This document shows, piece by piece, positions 19,915 to 20,000 of a stretch of DNA of 20,000 nucleotides (its first letter is position 1; each line of letters opens with the position of its first letter). The position numbers and the translations under genes were made by a program. This stretch comes from Sarea resinae (lineage: Eukaryota): positions 540,998 to 560,997 of the forward strand of contig JAPEUD010000008.1 of assembly GCA_026026165.1 (NCBI GenBank), given 5' to 3'. The notes below the pieces were generated by a model. That model saw only the letters and a program-made list of their open reading frames with translations. It was not told the DNA's origin and ran no database searches.

Positions 19915-20000
19915 GTGAGTTGATCTTTCTTTTTCCGTCGGGTCTTGATTTGCCCCTTTTCAAATCATGAACACCCCTTCCCCCTCCCCCCTCTCTCTTA

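Noticed and set aside
1..20000. Novel functional gene cluster, CRISPR array, intact transposon, or telomerase RNA, tRNA or rRNA gene
   Set aside because: The genes are mostly unrelated housekeeping functions. I saw no repeat-spacer array, transposase or RT motifs, TIR/LTR pairs, TAACCCTAA template or tRNA cloverleaf.

Overview
Eukaryotic, intron-rich, gene-dense DNA from a filamentous ascomycete (Pezizomycotina-like: mostly 45-75 nt GT..AG introns with CTRAC/CTAAT branch sites). Manual splicing gives eight protein-coding genes in this order: (1) the 3' part of a conserved uncharacterised protein (+, ends at 804); (2) a Reb1/Nsi1-like Myb DNA-binding protein (+, 1508-4166); (3) an 11-exon CorA-like protein with a GMN motif (+, 5239-8230); (4) 60S ribosomal protein uL15/RPL28 (+, 9345-10175); (5) CDC7 kinase (-, 10618-12269); (6) condensin subunit YCS4/Cnd1 (+, 12716-16681); (7) NatC acetyltransferase MAK3/NAA30 (-, 16783-17472); (8) the 5' part of PDAT/LRO1 (+, from 18111). 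Most entries in the ORF track are exon fragments or antisense shadows. I see no clear new multi-gene system, intact transposon, rRNA, tRNA or CRISPR array. The most interesting signals are at the level of splicing and regulation: MAK3 stays in an open frame if both introns are retained; YCS4 has a stop-free in-frame candidate intron; short exons add an MGxxxS motif to the Myb factor; one intron holds a C43 tract; a cluster of antisense splice donors suggests a possible spliced ncRNA; CDC7 and YCS4 share a promoter with CGCG cores; and there is a TpA-rich possible RIP relic. All gene names come from motif recognition, not database searches.
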